A stretch of 64,000 nt of DNA from Candidatus Nanohalarchaeota archaeon (GTDB lineage: Archaea; Nanohalarchaeota; Nanosalinia; Nanosalinales; Nanosalinaceae). The DNA lies in the NCBI GenBank assembly GCA_022729235.1, contig JALDAJ010000001.1, positions 800,001 through 864,000 of the forward strand, read 5' to 3'. The position numbers and the translations under genes are program-made. Positions 9,289 to 18,880 of this stretch are shown piece by piece. The notes beneath the pieces were generated by a model that saw nothing but the letters and a program-made list of their open reading frames with translations, did not search any database and had not been told where the DNA came from. Within the stretch, counting starts at the first letter, position 1. Each line of letters starts with the position of its first letter.

Positions 9289-9798
9289 CTAAATCTTGTA
9301 CAGCTGGTGGATAAGTCTCAAAGAGTCGTAAATCGCGAGTAGCGCGATGAACAGGACGCCGTAGAATAGGAAGTAAGGGTTGAAGCTGTACGCTACGAGC
9401 GCCAATGCAAGAACTATGAGGCGCCCTTCTCTTGCGATATCTGGTGAGAAGGTTTCCCTGAGAGACTGCTCTGTTTCCAACCGCAGTATTTCCGCGAATG
9501 CCACTGAGGCGAGTAGTATTGCTGCAGCGTACTTAGGGATAATCGGCAGCGATACCGCGCCCAGGAGAAGTATAAGCTCGTAAAGAGTATTTGAGGATAC
9601 CAGTGCAACTTTCATCTGGTCGGTTCTCCCGCTCTGCAGAGACGACTTTTCCGCTGATCTCATCAGTGCGAGAGCTGAAACAGTTGCTACTCCTGCCACT
9701 ACTCCGGTATATTCTGCCTGTGTCGTTAGAATAGATGCGGCGGAGAGAGCCAGTAATAGTACGCCGGCGAGTCTGAAGTAGAACTTGTTTCTTACCAC
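9289..9798 (-). CDS. Multi-pass membrane protein (possibly degenerate CDP-alcohol phosphotransferase fold)
   Basis: About 5 hydrophobic segments; IAREGRL motif. Confidence 0.55.
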   Translation of the reverse strand: MVRNKFYFRLAGVLLLALSAASILTTQAEYTGVVAGVATVSALALMRSAEKSSLQSGRTDQMKVALVSSNTLYELILLLGAVSLPIIPKYAAAILLASVAFAEILRLETEQSLRETFSPDIAREGRLIVLALALVAYSFNPYFLFYGVLFIALLAIYDSLRLIHQLYKI

Positions 9799-9872
9799 AT
9801 CTTAGGGACAGGTTTCCAGAGTTAAACATTTTTTCCTGCCAAAAACCAGGTTGGAAAGAAAATAAGTGAAAT

Positions 9873-10070
9873 GGCGAGGTCCTCCGCGGGGGGGAGGGGG
9901 TTGTGTTCTTGTGTTGCGGAGGGCCTGCCGGTGAATATAAATCAGAGGAGATCCCGGGCTGTTGGGGGGGAAGGGGTATTGTGTGAGCCCGTGAGGACCT
10001 CCTCCGGTTGAAATATTGTTTTTACGAAAATCAGAGATTTCCTGGAAATCCAGAAAACCTCCGGTTTTCG
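9873..10070 (-). ncRNA. Three tandem related hairpins downstream of ftsZ, two with C-rich loops
   Basis: Inverted repeats at 9873-9929, 9940-10009 and 10025-10070; shared loop G7-A1-2-G4-5..TTGTGT on the + strand; shared closing stem. Confidence 0.5.
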
Positions 10071-10073
10071 CCT

Positions 10074-11144
10074 CTACTTCATGACTTCCAGTCCCAGGTC
10101 GTTGACGTCACCTGATACCTCTGTTTCGGTTTCCTCTTCCACGTCTCCGAGGATGTAAGGTGATTCAACCCCGGTTACGATGGATATGACCTGTATTTTA
10201 CCTTCAAGCTGTTCTTTCACTCTCGCACCCCATATCACCTGGGCGTGGTCGTCGAGGTTGCCCTGGACTGTCTGACCGACGTCGTTGATCTCGTTGAGCG
10301 TCAGATCCTGTCCTCCAGCTACATGGATTAGAGCTCCGTTGGCGTCCTCAAAGCTGACGTCAAGTAGTGGGTTGGATAATGCTTCGTGGATCGCTTCTTC
10401 TCCTTTGTTATTCGTATCTGATTCTCCGTATCCTACTACTGCTACTCCTCCCTGGTTCATCACTGCTCTTACGTCTGCATAGTCCAGATTGACGAGGGAC
10501 GGCTTGGAGATAGTTTCTGTAACGCCTTTTATCATCGTAGTTATGAGTTCATCCGCGACTCCGAACGCCTGGTCAAGAGGCATGTCGCCTGCGATGTCGA
10601 GCAGTCGGTCGTTTTCGATTACAATCGCGGTGTCGACATGCTGTCTCATCCGGTATAAGCCGTCTTCTGCCTTGGACATTCTTGCTCCTTCTATCTCGAA
10701 AGGCATTGTAACGGTTCCGATTACGATGCAGTCTTCTTTCTTTGCGATTTCTGCTAGTACAGGTGCGGCACCAGTACCTGTTCCTCCGCCAAGTCCGCAG
10801 GTTACAAAGACCATGTCTGCGTCAGCGAATAATTTTCTTAGTTCCGCACGGTTCTCTTCCGCGCTTCTCTCACCTTTTTGAGGGTGTCCTCCTGCACCGA
10901 GACCCTTTGTCAGGTCACGTCCGATGAGTATCTTTCTATCGGCGCTGGAAATTTCCAGGTGCTGTTTATCGGTATTGATAGCTACAGTCTCGGCACCGTC
11001 AACATTCTTTTTCTGGATGCGCGTTACCTGGTTGTTGCCGGCTCCGCCGACTCCTACAACCAATATTTTAGCATCTTTAACATCCTCTAGGTTAGAGGTT
11101 TTAGCCTGTTCTTGGGATTGCGTGTTGTTGATTATGGATTCCAT
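10074..11144 (-). CDS. ftsZ: Cell division protein FtsZ
   Basis: [17 protein letters not shown] and NLDYAD signatures. Confidence 0.98.
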   Translation of the reverse strand: MESIINNTQSQEQAKTSNLEDVKDAKILVVGVGGAGNNQVTRIQKKNVDGAETVAINTDKQHLEISSADRKILIGRDLTKGLGAGGHPQKGERSAEENRAELRKLFADADMVFVTCGLGGGTGTGAAPVLAEIAKKEDCIVIGTVTMPFEIEGARMSKAEDGLYRMRQHVDTAIVIENDRLLDIAGDMPLDQAFGVADELITTMIKGVTETISKPSLVNLDYADVRAVMNQGGVAVVGYGESDTNNKGEEAIHEALSNPLLDVSFEDANGALIHVAGGQDLTLNEINDVGQTVQGNLDDHAQVIWGARVKEQLEGKIQVISIVTGVESPYILGDVEEETETEVSGDVNDLGLEVMK

Positions 11145-11222
11145 CTTGTATCGTCCTGCGCGATAGCTATGCCTAACCTTTTTAAACCGGCATAGGTAAT
11201 TCTACCTTAGAACAAACGCAAT

Positions 11223-11339
11223 TGCCCAACTTACACGTATTCAAGCCCAATCGTCGATTCGAAGCCCAATTCGAATCATGTGATCCAACTCGCGCCCAAA
11301 CGAGTTCGATCCGAGTCGTTTCACGGCCCAACGTGAAAC
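11223..11339. repeat. Array of five GCCCAA/TTGGGC motifs, three in perfect stem-loop loops
   Basis: gattcgaa-GCCCAA-ttcgaatc; aactcg-cGCCCAAa-cgagtt; gtttcacg-GCCCAA-cgtgaaac. Confidence 0.75.
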
Positions 11340-11430
11340 AATCTGAGCTTATACTAGTACATTTTCTAGCCCGGTTTATAAATGTTACTTCTGTATCGTG
11401 TTCTATCGATGTTCACGAGTTCTGAACACT

Positions 11431-11448
11431 AACTGTTCATGAACAGTT
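11431..11448. promoter_or_regulatory. Perfect 18-bp palindrome upstream of gatC (putative operator)
   Basis: AACTGTTCATGAACAGTT within a cluster of TGTTC/GAACA motifs. Confidence 0.5.
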
Positions 11449-11500
11449 CATGCTACTGGTTTTGGAATGATACAAAAAGATTCGCTGTAACTCATGGTAC

Positions 11501-11779
11501 ATGGTCGATCAGGAGGAGGTTCAAGGAGTCGCGGAGAACGCACGGCTGAACTTGACTGAAGACGAGGCGGAAGAGTTTACCGAGGACTTCGAGTCGATCC
11601 TGGAGATGTTTGAGACCCTGGATCAGGTTGATACTGATGATGTGGAGCCGGCGTTCCATCCTGTCGAAGTGGAACCCGAGACCAGGGAGGACAGGAAAGA
11701 AGTTGGTCTTTCCCATGACGAGGTCTTCCAGAACACGGATAATGTGGAAGACAATAAATTCAAGGGTCCTTCAGTTTAA
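11501..11779 (+). CDS. gatC: Asp/Glu-tRNA amidotransferase subunit C
   Basis: VAENARLNL...RED...FKGP pattern, near gatA and gatB. Confidence 0.93.
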   Translation: MVDQEEVQGVAENARLNLTEDEAEEFTEDFESILEMFETLDQVDTDDVEPAFHPVEVEPETREDRKEVGLSHDEVFQNTDNVEDNKFKGPSV

Positions 11780-11782
11780 GGT

Positions 11783-12274
11783 ATGAAACTCGGAATAATC
11801 TCTGACACCCACGACAACCTCGACTTGACGCGTGAAGCTATAGATTTCTTTGAAGAACAGGAGACTGACGCAGTTGTCCATTGCGGTGACATGGTCGCGC
11901 CTTTTACTGCAGAGCTTTTCGACCGCGACAGCTTCGACTTCTACGCGGTCAGGGGTAACAACGACGGTGAGTGGAACCTGAAGTCGACTGTCCATGCGTT
12001 CGGCGAGTTTTTCAATAACGTGGCAGAGCTCGAGCTCTCCGGTAAGAGTATTGCGGTATATCACGGGACAGAAGAGTCTATCGTTGATTCCCTGGTTCTA
12101 TCCGGTGAGTACGATTACGTGCTCCGCGGACACACGCATGAGAAAAAATTGAGGGAGGAGAACGGTACTATAGAAGTTAATCCTGGCGGTATCAAGCTTC
12201 CTGGTAGTGAAGAGGAGTTCCACGTTGCCACGCTGGATCTGGAGTCGGGCGAGATAGAGTTTCATAAGGTGTAG
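11783..12274 (+). CDS. Metallophosphoesterase (YfcE/MJ0936 family)
   Basis: ISDTHDN, HCGD, GNND, GHTH and NPG motifs. Confidence 0.93.
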   Translation: MKLGIISDTHDNLDLTREAIDFFEEQETDAVVHCGDMVAPFTAELFDRDSFDFYAVRGNNDGEWNLKSTVHAFGEFFNNVAELELSGKSIAVYHGTEESIVDSLVLSGEYDYVLRGHTHEKKLREENGTIEVNPGGIKLPGSEEEFHVATLDLESGEIEFHKV

Positions 12275-13448
12275 AGGTGTAGGATTCTTCAAGGAGTTCG
12301 ACCATTGAAACAGGAGGTCTGTTGCGCTCCTCCGGGTCTGCCTCTTCGAGTAGCTGTTTTAGATCTGCCTGGTGCTGCGCTCCTGCGATAACCCATATCT
12401 CATCTTCTCCAGCATCCCAGCTCTTTCTCAATGCCTTATTGTGCATGTATTTCGATCGTTCCCAGCTGACGATAGGGCGGAAGCCGCGTGAGGCTTTCTT
12501 GAACATGAGACGTTTCTTCTTGAGTTTCAGGATCTGGTTACGGTACCAATCTGCAACATGACCGGTCACACCTCGTGGGTTATAGTTTCTTGATGCCTGT
12601 ATCTTCTCGTTGAGAACGGTTTCTTGTTCTCTTACTTCGCCAAGTCTCTTGTCCCAGTAGTCCTGCCTGAAACGCAGCGGTAACTGCATGTCCTTGATGT
12701 AAGCCTGTGTTCTCGGGATCTCTCGCGGGTCGTTTAGACCCCGATAGGCGGATCTGACAGGTGTGATGGTTCTGCCTTCCCTATCCTGGCGTTCAGCCTG
12801 CTTGACAGCTGACTCTGCAATAGGTCCCAGAACGTGGTTTAAAAACGGTTTCATCAGGAACTTGACGCCTAGCCGTGCTCCCTTTCCGAACAACATGCCC
12901 TGGTCATCCAGCAATTTCCTGTCGTCAAGCTCGATGACTTGTTCGCTGTCCTCAAAATGATTGTTGAAAAGTACGTCATCGAACCCATCTTCTAGGTATA
13001 CCTGACCTCTGTCAGCCATTCTCTCAATTTCTTCTCTCAGGTAGTCCCTGGTTTCATCACCCATCTTAAGGAAACCCCGTTGCCCGTGCGGGATACCAGC
13101 CACGTTCAGATCTACGTCTAGGACCTGGTTTTCACGACTCATATGCAGGTTATACTGGTCGCAAGGCAGACTGTATGTGTCTGATAGAAGCGGTATCTCT
13201 CGATTTCTGAGCTTCCAGATATCCTCTTCTGCAGCTTGGAAAAGCTTACGTACTGATTCGAATTCGAAACCTTTCTGCCTGTAAATAGTTTCCAGATCGT
13301 CTAAATCGTTTGCCTCGCTGAAATCATTCTGCTGGAGTACAGGTTCTTCCCTTGATTCTATCTCCTCCAGTCCTGCCTCCTCTGGTTGCGAAGCACTTTC
13401 TAGAGTTCTGGTCTCTGGCATGATACCATGGGCATCCCCGTACCTCAA
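12192..13448 (-). CDS. Hypothetical protein, possible TraB/Tiki-like fold
   Basis: GIPH, LE, ERSKYM and WVIAGAQH resemble TraB-like motifs. Confidence 0.5.
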   Translation of the reverse strand: MRYGDAHGIMPETRTLESASQPEEAGLEEIESREEPVLQQNDFSEANDLDDLETIYRQKGFEFESVRKLFQAAEEDIWKLRNREIPLLSDTYSLPCDQYNLHMSRENQVLDVDLNVAGIPHGQRGFLKMGDETRDYLREEIERMADRGQVYLEDGFDDVLFNNHFEDSEQVIELDDRKLLDDQGMLFGKGARLGVKFLMKPFLNHVLGPIAESAVKQAERQDREGRTITPVRSAYRGLNDPREIPRTQAYIKDMQLPLRFRQDYWDKRLGEVREQETVLNEKIQASRNYNPRGVTGHVADWYRNQILKLKKKRLMFKKASRGFRPIVSWERSKYMHNKALRKSWDAGEDEIWVIAGAQHQADLKQLLEEADPEERNRPPVSMVELLEESYTSTPYETLSRPTPDPAWQRGTPLHYQEA

Positions 13449-13548
13449 ATCTTAAATCGTTAATCGCTCTTAAACACGCTTTAAATCCCTTGCCGCGGCG
13501 GAACGTATGCAAATCTTCATTAGCATCAGGTACAACAGTTCACTAGGC

Positions 13549-13674
13549 ATGAAGATCAGGTGTCCAGAGTGCGGCGGTGAGATGAGCTGGGAAGGCTACC
13601 GCCCGTTATTCGCGACCTGCACTGAGTGCGGAGAAAGTTTCCACGTGGACGAGTGTGAAGTTTCCGGAGAATGA
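13549..13674 (+). CDS. 41-aa CPxCG zinc-ribbon microprotein
   Basis: MKIRCPECGGEMSWEGYRPLFATCTECGESFHVDECEVSGE read from the sequence; below the ORF-track cutoff. Confidence 0.75.
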   Translation: MKIRCPECGGEMSWEGYRPLFATCTECGESFHVDECEVSGE

Positions 13675-13705
13675 ATTTTTAAGAGTCGCCGAGGATTCCA
13701 GAGGT

Positions 13706-15073
13706 ATGACTACTGTAAAAGATGTGATCGAAAACGGTCAGGAAGTAGACCACGACAAATTTCTGGAAGAACTACAGGAGAAGAACTCCGAGCTTAACTT
13801 CATGCGCGAGATAGAGCAGGGAAAGGAGAGGGGCGGTGACCTCAACGGCATCCCTTTCGTTGTGAAGGATGCTATCTGTACTAAAGACGTGACTACTAGC
13901 GCAGGCTCGAAGATAATCGAGGATTACCAGCCTGTTTTCGATGCTACAGTTGTTGACCGTTTGAAAGCCTCAGGAGCAAGGTTCTATGGTAAGACGCAGC
14001 AGGACGAGTTCGGTTTCGGATCTTTCTGCACCAATACCGCGTTCGAAACCCCGAGGAACCCTCACGACCCGGAACGTGTTGTTGGAGGTTCTTCAGGAGG
14101 CGCTGGAGCGGTCGTCGCGGCGATGGAGCATCCTGTTATCTCTATCGGCGAGTCTACGGGTGGTTCGATAACTAATCCTGCGGCTTACAACGGCGTCGTC
14201 GGCATTACACCTACTTATGGAAGGGTTTCTCGCCACGGTTTGATTAGCTACGCGAATTCGCTTGACAAGATAGGCGTGCTTGCGAAGACTGTTTTCAGCG
14301 CGGCTAAGGGTCTTGAAGTCATCGCTGGGCGTGACGGTAACGATCATACTACAGCGAGAGAGAAAGTGCCGGGTTACGCGGAGAACCTGCGAGAGGTTTC
14401 CGACCTGAAAATTGGCGTTCCCAACCAGTACATCGAACTGGAGGGTCTACAGTCCGGGGTGCATGAAAACTTCCAGGAGTCGTTAGAAAAGCTGGAGGAG
14501 GCTGGAGCTGAGGTCGAAAGAGTAGACATGCCGATGCTTTCCCGCGACTACTCGCTTCCCGCATACTATATCCTGGCGATGGCGGAGGCATCAACCAACC
14601 TGGCGAAGTTCTCTGGAATGCGCTACGGTCTTGAGCTTGATCCCGAGGACTTCAACGACTTCAACGAGTACTTCTCCTCAGTACGTTCCGAAGGATTCGG
14701 TGAGGAAGCGAAGAGAAGAATTCTGGTTGGAACCTACACTAGGATGGCAGGTTACCGTGATCAGTACTACCTGAAAGCCGCCAAGGTCAGGCAGAAGATA
14801 ATCGACGAGTTCAAAGAGGCGTTCAGAGAGTACGACGTACTTGCATCACCGTCCATGCCCAACATCGCTCCGAAGATTTCTGAGGCAGAGTCGATGAGCC
14901 CGACAGAGATGTACGCCATGGACACGCTTACCGTCGGTCCGAACCTTGCAGGTATGCCGATGGTATCCGTGCCGAACGGGAAAAGCAACGGGATGCCGAC
15001 CGGTCTACACCTGATAGGCGACCACTTCGAGGAGCAGAAAGTACTGGATGTGGCGTATACTTTTGAAAAATAA
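13706..15073 (+). CDS. gatA: Asp/Glu-tRNA amidotransferase subunit A
   Basis: Amidase signature GGSSGG, GESTGGS, ISYANSLD and RRILVGT. Confidence 0.96.
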   Translation: MTTVKDVIENGQEVDHDKFLEELQEKNSELNFMREIEQGKERGGDLNGIPFVVKDAICTKDVTTSAGSKIIEDYQPVFDATVVDRLKASGARFYGKTQQDEFGFGSFCTNTAFETPRNPHDPERVVGGSSGGAGAVVAAMEHPVISIGESTGGSITNPAAYNGVVGITPTYGRVSRHGLISYANSLDKIGVLAKTVFSAAKGLEVIAGRDGNDHTTAREKVPGYAENLREVSDLKIGVPNQYIELEGLQSGVHENFQESLEKLEEAGAEVERVDMPMLSRDYSLPAYYILAMAEASTNLAKFSGMRYGLELDPEDFNDFNEYFSSVRSEGFGEEAKRRILVGTYTRMAGYRDQYYLKAAKVRQKIIDEFKEAFREYDVLASPSMPNIAPKISEAESMSPTEMYAMDTLTVGPNLAGMPMVSVPNGKSNGMPTGLHLIGDHFEEQKVLDVAYTFEK

Positions 15074-15117
15074 ATAATTTGCCGTCTTTAGAGTTCGATA
15101 GGGGCGTAGTTATACGA

Positions 15118-16170
15118 ATGGAATATGATGTTGTGTCTCAGGAAGCAGATCTGATTTCGGAAATCGAGTCCTACATGTATGAAGATCTTTTAGAAGAGTA
15201 CACCTTTTCTGAAAGTCCAGTTTCTCAGGAAGAGGTTGATGTAGCTAAGTACCATATAGGACTTGGAAGCTCTATGAGACGTCCCAAAGTGTTCTTCAGT
15301 TTTCTTGAAGGACCGGGAACCTTCTATGGTAGAGACGCGGGAATACAGGTAGCCTCTAATCTACAGATCCAGCACGAAAGCTCTCTCTGGAAAGACGATG
15401 TTGACGATGACGATAAAGAGAGGAGAGATGGTAACTCCTACTGGTACGAACTCGCGCAAAGGATAGGCAATGAAGAGGTTGCAAAGTCTAACACTATAGA
15501 TATGGCGATAAATGCTGTTGTTTTACCTTTCAGAGATTTAAACAGCCCTGGATTAGATGATAAAGCTGAGTTAATCCGTGTAATGGGCAAAACCATCTCG
15601 ATGCTCACAGAAGGACAGTCTCAAGATAACTATGAGGCAGGAGTTGACTCTCCAGAACTGGTGCAAGACTATAGGGATGAAGAAAGGAGATACGATGAAA
15701 GAGTTCGGCTCAAGACTGGTGCGCTTATAGAGGCGCCTGCTGTCTGTGGAGCTATAATGTCGGATGCTGATATGGAAGCTGCCTCAGAATGGGGTCAGGA
15801 ATTAGGATGGATATACCAGGTTCAGGATGATATATACGACAATCATGAGGACAACAAAAAAGGAAGGTTCTCTGATGCCCAGCAACCCGGACAGTCTCTC
15901 CTATGGATAAGAGCATTAGAAAATGATGAAACAGGTAGGACAGAAGAAGTACTCTCCCAGGACAACCCGGATGAGGAAGAGCTGGAAGAGATCTGGGAGT
16001 TAGCTAGGGAGAACGGTACAGCAGATGAACTAGTGGAAGATATGAAGGGAAGACAGGCTTACGCTAACCAGCTTCTTGATGAGATAGAATGGCAGAATCC
16101 TGAATATAGACGGTACCTGGAAGTATTGCCAGCAGAATTGATTCGTCGCGCGGAGACGGCACTAGAATAA
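15118..16170 (+). CDS. Trans-isoprenyl diphosphate synthase family protein
   Basis: FARM DDVDDDDKERRDG, GQ..D, KTG and SARM YQVQDDIYD. Confidence 0.85.
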   Translation: MEYDVVSQEADLISEIESYMYEDLLEEYTFSESPVSQEEVDVAKYHIGLGSSMRRPKVFFSFLEGPGTFYGRDAGIQVASNLQIQHESSLWKDDVDDDDKERRDGNSYWYELAQRIGNEEVAKSNTIDMAINAVVLPFRDLNSPGLDDKAELIRVMGKTISMLTEGQSQDNYEAGVDSPELVQDYRDEERRYDERVRLKTGALIEAPAVCGAIMSDADMEAASEWGQELGWIYQVQDDIYDNHEDNKKGRFSDAQQPGQSLLWIRALENDETGRTEEVLSQDNPDEEELEEIWELARENGTADELVEDMKGRQAYANQLLDEIEWQNPEYRRYLEVLPAELIRRAETALE

Positions 16171-16196
16171 AAAGCGTTACCAGTTCTAACTAAACT

Positions 16197-17606
16197 ATGA
16201 CAGAAGTAAAAATAGGATTGGAGACTCACGTCCAGCTGGATACTGAGACAAAGCTTTTCTGTGGTTGTTCGAACAGTGATGTGGAGGAGCCGAACAGCAA
16301 CGTGTGCCCGGTGTGTCTTGGACATCCCGGGAGTAAGCCGAGGCTGAACCACGCTGTACTTGAAAAAGCGGTGAAGACTGCGCTTGCACTCCAGTGTGAT
16401 ATCAACGAGGACATCTATTTCTCCCGCAAGACTTATTTCTACCCGGACATGAGCAAGAACTACCAGATAACGCAGTACGAGGTGCCTGTCGGCGGACAGG
16501 GCGTGCTGGAGGTCAAGATGGGGGATGAGAAGAAAGAAGTTGATATCTCCCGGTTACACATAGAAGAAGACCCGGCTAAACTGGAGCACGTTGGTGGCTC
16601 GATATCAAATGCGAAGTACACGCTCGTGGACTACAACCGCGCAGGGACACCGCTACTTGAAATCGTTACGGAACCAGTCTTCGAGTCGCCTGGAGAAGCC
16701 CGGGCCTACCTTCAGCAACTTTCACAAATCTTTGAATACCTCGGTATATACCATCCAGAGTCAAGTTTCTCAATCAAGAGCGATGCGAACGTTTCAATTG
16801 AGGGCGGCTCCCGCGTGGAGGTCAAGAACATAACAGGGACTGCGGGGATTGAGAAAGCGCTGAGTTATGAGATATCAAGGCAGAAACAGCTAAAGAGGCG
16901 TGGCAGAGAGGTAGAACAGGAGACCAGGAGCTATAACGCCGGGCAGGAAATCACGGAGAAACTCAGGGAGAAGGAGACCGAGAAAGATTACGGCTACATT
17001 TTCGACCCTGACCTGACAAGACAGGTGCTTGGTGAAGAGTTCCGGGAAGAGATGCGTGATGAGATACCGGAGCTACCGCACGAGAAATTTGACCGGTTCA
17101 AACAAGAGTACGGACTTCCCGGCAAACAGGTGGAATCGCTCATAACTGAACCCGAGCTTGCGGAAGACTTCGAGGAGTTTGCGGAGGAGCATGATACAGG
17201 ACTGGTAGCTTCCTGGCTTACTGGAGAACTGAGGAAGACACTGAACTACAATGATCTTACCTATGCCGAGTCAGGGGTCAAGAAGGAATGGCTTGAATAC
17301 GTAGTCGAGCTACTCGAGGATGACAGGATATCCGACAGGAACGCAGAGATGCTTCTGCGGAAGTTAGTTGAGAGACCGCGCGAGCCTGGAGAAATAGTGG
17401 AGGAAGAGGACTTACTGAAGGCGGACGAATCAGAGGTTGACTCTATAGTTGAATCAGTTATCGAAGATAACGAGGACGCAGTTGAGGATTATAATTCAGG
17501 AGACAACGGTGCATTGAACTTCCTTGTCGGACAGGTCATGCAGGAGAGCCAGGGCAAGGCTGATCCGAAAACAGCAAGAGAGAAGATTAAAGAGCGTCTG
17601 GGATGA
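16197..17606 (+). CDS. gatB: Asp/Glu-tRNA amidotransferase subunit B
   Basis: IGLETHVQL, RKTYFYPD, HIEED, DYNRAGTPL and C-terminal Yqey domain. Confidence 0.98.
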   Translation: MTEVKIGLETHVQLDTETKLFCGCSNSDVEEPNSNVCPVCLGHPGSKPRLNHAVLEKAVKTALALQCDINEDIYFSRKTYFYPDMSKNYQITQYEVPVGGQGVLEVKMGDEKKEVDISRLHIEEDPAKLEHVGGSISNAKYTLVDYNRAGTPLLEIVTEPVFESPGEARAYLQQLSQIFEYLGIYHPESSFSIKSDANVSIEGGSRVEVKNITGTAGIEKALSYEISRQKQLKRRGREVEQETRSYNAGQEITEKLREKETEKDYGYIFDPDLTRQVLGEEFREEMRDEIPELPHEKFDRFKQEYGLPGKQVESLITEPELAEDFEEFAEEHDTGLVASWLTGELRKTLNYNDLTYAESGVKKEWLEYVVELLEDDRISDRNAEMLLRKLVERPREPGEIVEEEDLLKADESEVDSIVESVIEDNEDAVEDYNSGDNGALNFLVGQVMQESQGKADPKTAREKIKERLG

Positions 17607-17869
17607 CAGAAGAAATCGAGTCTCTCAGAGAGGAACTGGATACTGATGATGTCGGTCAGAAACGATACCTGATGTATACTGTATTTGATCTTGTTCTTGA
17701 GAAAACGTACGAGCTAAATGAGGAGGAGCTGCCCGAGGTTAAAAATCGTGTCGAAGAATTAAACGGCATCGACGGCTACATGTACAAGCTATCCCAAGAC
17801 TTTTTGACCTCTTCAAGCACGCTGGAAAAAGAGAGAAAGCTGGAGAAGATGGTTAAGTATGTAATTTAA
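17603..17869 (+). CDS. Hypothetical protein coupled to gatB
   Basis: ATGA overlap with the gatB stop. Confidence 0.65.
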   Translation: MTEEIESLREELDTDDVGQKRYLMYTVFDLVLEKTYELNEEELPEVKNRVEELNGIDGYMYKLSQDFLTSSSTLEKERKLEKMVKYVI

Positions 17870-17968
17870 GGCTCTGAACGAGGTTGAGTAGAGGAGGCTT
17901 CGAAATAAGGTCTGAAAGATTTTGTTCTTCTGAAGTAGTAATTTAAATCTTGTTTCTATTTAGTCCTC

Positions 17969-18880
17969 ATGGGCTCAGACTACGGATTTGAGGAATGGAT
18001 GGAAGAAACCGTAGATGAAGAAAGAAAGATTTTTCGTTATTCGGATGTTTTCGGAGAAGAAGGGCTGTCAGCTGAAAGAGTGGAAAATTACGCAGCTGAT
18101 TTGAAAGATATGATGGCAAGATTAGGTTACAGTCCCGTTGAAGGTATAGAGGAACCTGAAGATTTGACGTCACCTCGGCTTCCTAGAGAAATCGAGGTTG
18201 ACCCGGGCTCTGGAGGTATGCGTCAACTAGAGAAGGAAGAAGTACCGGAGCAGTACTGGTTATTTTCACAGAGTTTTGAGCCCTTCATCTATGAGAAAGG
18301 AAGTGATGATTACGTGGCGATGTATGTCCCAAAGGTGGAGAAAGGAGAAACAGCTAGAGTTGAATTCTTTTTACCTCAGTTTTGGATGGAGACGGAGGAG
18401 GGATTCCGTGATTCTTATGAAGACGAGCCTGAAAAGATAGCTCCTTTCCTCGCATGGGAGATGCAGCAAGATTTTGTAGAGTTTCTTTGGGAAGAGGGAG
18501 AATCGGATCTTGCTGAAACAGTCCAAGACAGCCAGCAACTATGGGAGAGCCTTAGGAGGGAACCGAATAGTGAGGATTATGAAACAGGATGGGAGATGTT
18601 TGTAGATTACTATATAGAAGAGAGGGCAGAAGAACTACCAGACAGAGCTGAGTCGATCGAGGTTAGAGAGGAGATAAATAATATAATCGATGAAGTAGGG
18701 GAGGCTCTTCAACATGGTGAAAGCCAAAGAATCCCTGATGAACTAGATGATAATCACAACGTCTTCACTATATCTGCAGTTTCCTCTGTGGATATAGAGA
18801 CCTTTATTCAGGATTTACATAGAGCCTCTGAAGGTATGGATAACATTAGGCAAAGTTTTCCTCTCGAACATAAGTTCTAA
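17969..18880 (+). CDS. Hypothetical acidic protein
   Basis: 303-aa ORF with TATA-like tttaaa upstream. Confidence 0.65.
   Translation: MGSDYGFEEWMEETVDEERKIFRYSDVFGEEGLSAERVENYAADLKDMMARLGYSPVEGIEEPEDLTSPRLPREIEVDPGSGGMRQLEKEEVPEQYWLFSQSFEPFIYEKGSDDYVAMYVPKVEKGETARVEFFLPQFWMETEEGFRDSYEDEPEKIAPFLAWEMQQDFVEFLWEEGESDLAETVQDSQQLWESLRREPNSEDYETGWEMFVDYYIEERAEELPDRAESIEVREEINNIIDEVGEALQHGESQRIPDELDDNHNVFTISAVSSVDIETFIQDLHRASEGMDNIRQSFPLEHKF

Noticed and set aside
9806-9860. ORB-like TTTCCAGAGTTAAAC and G-strings as a replication origin
   Set aside because: Poor match to the TTCCAGTGGAAAC consensus, no adjacent orc1/cdc6, and the G-runs are better explained as hairpin loops
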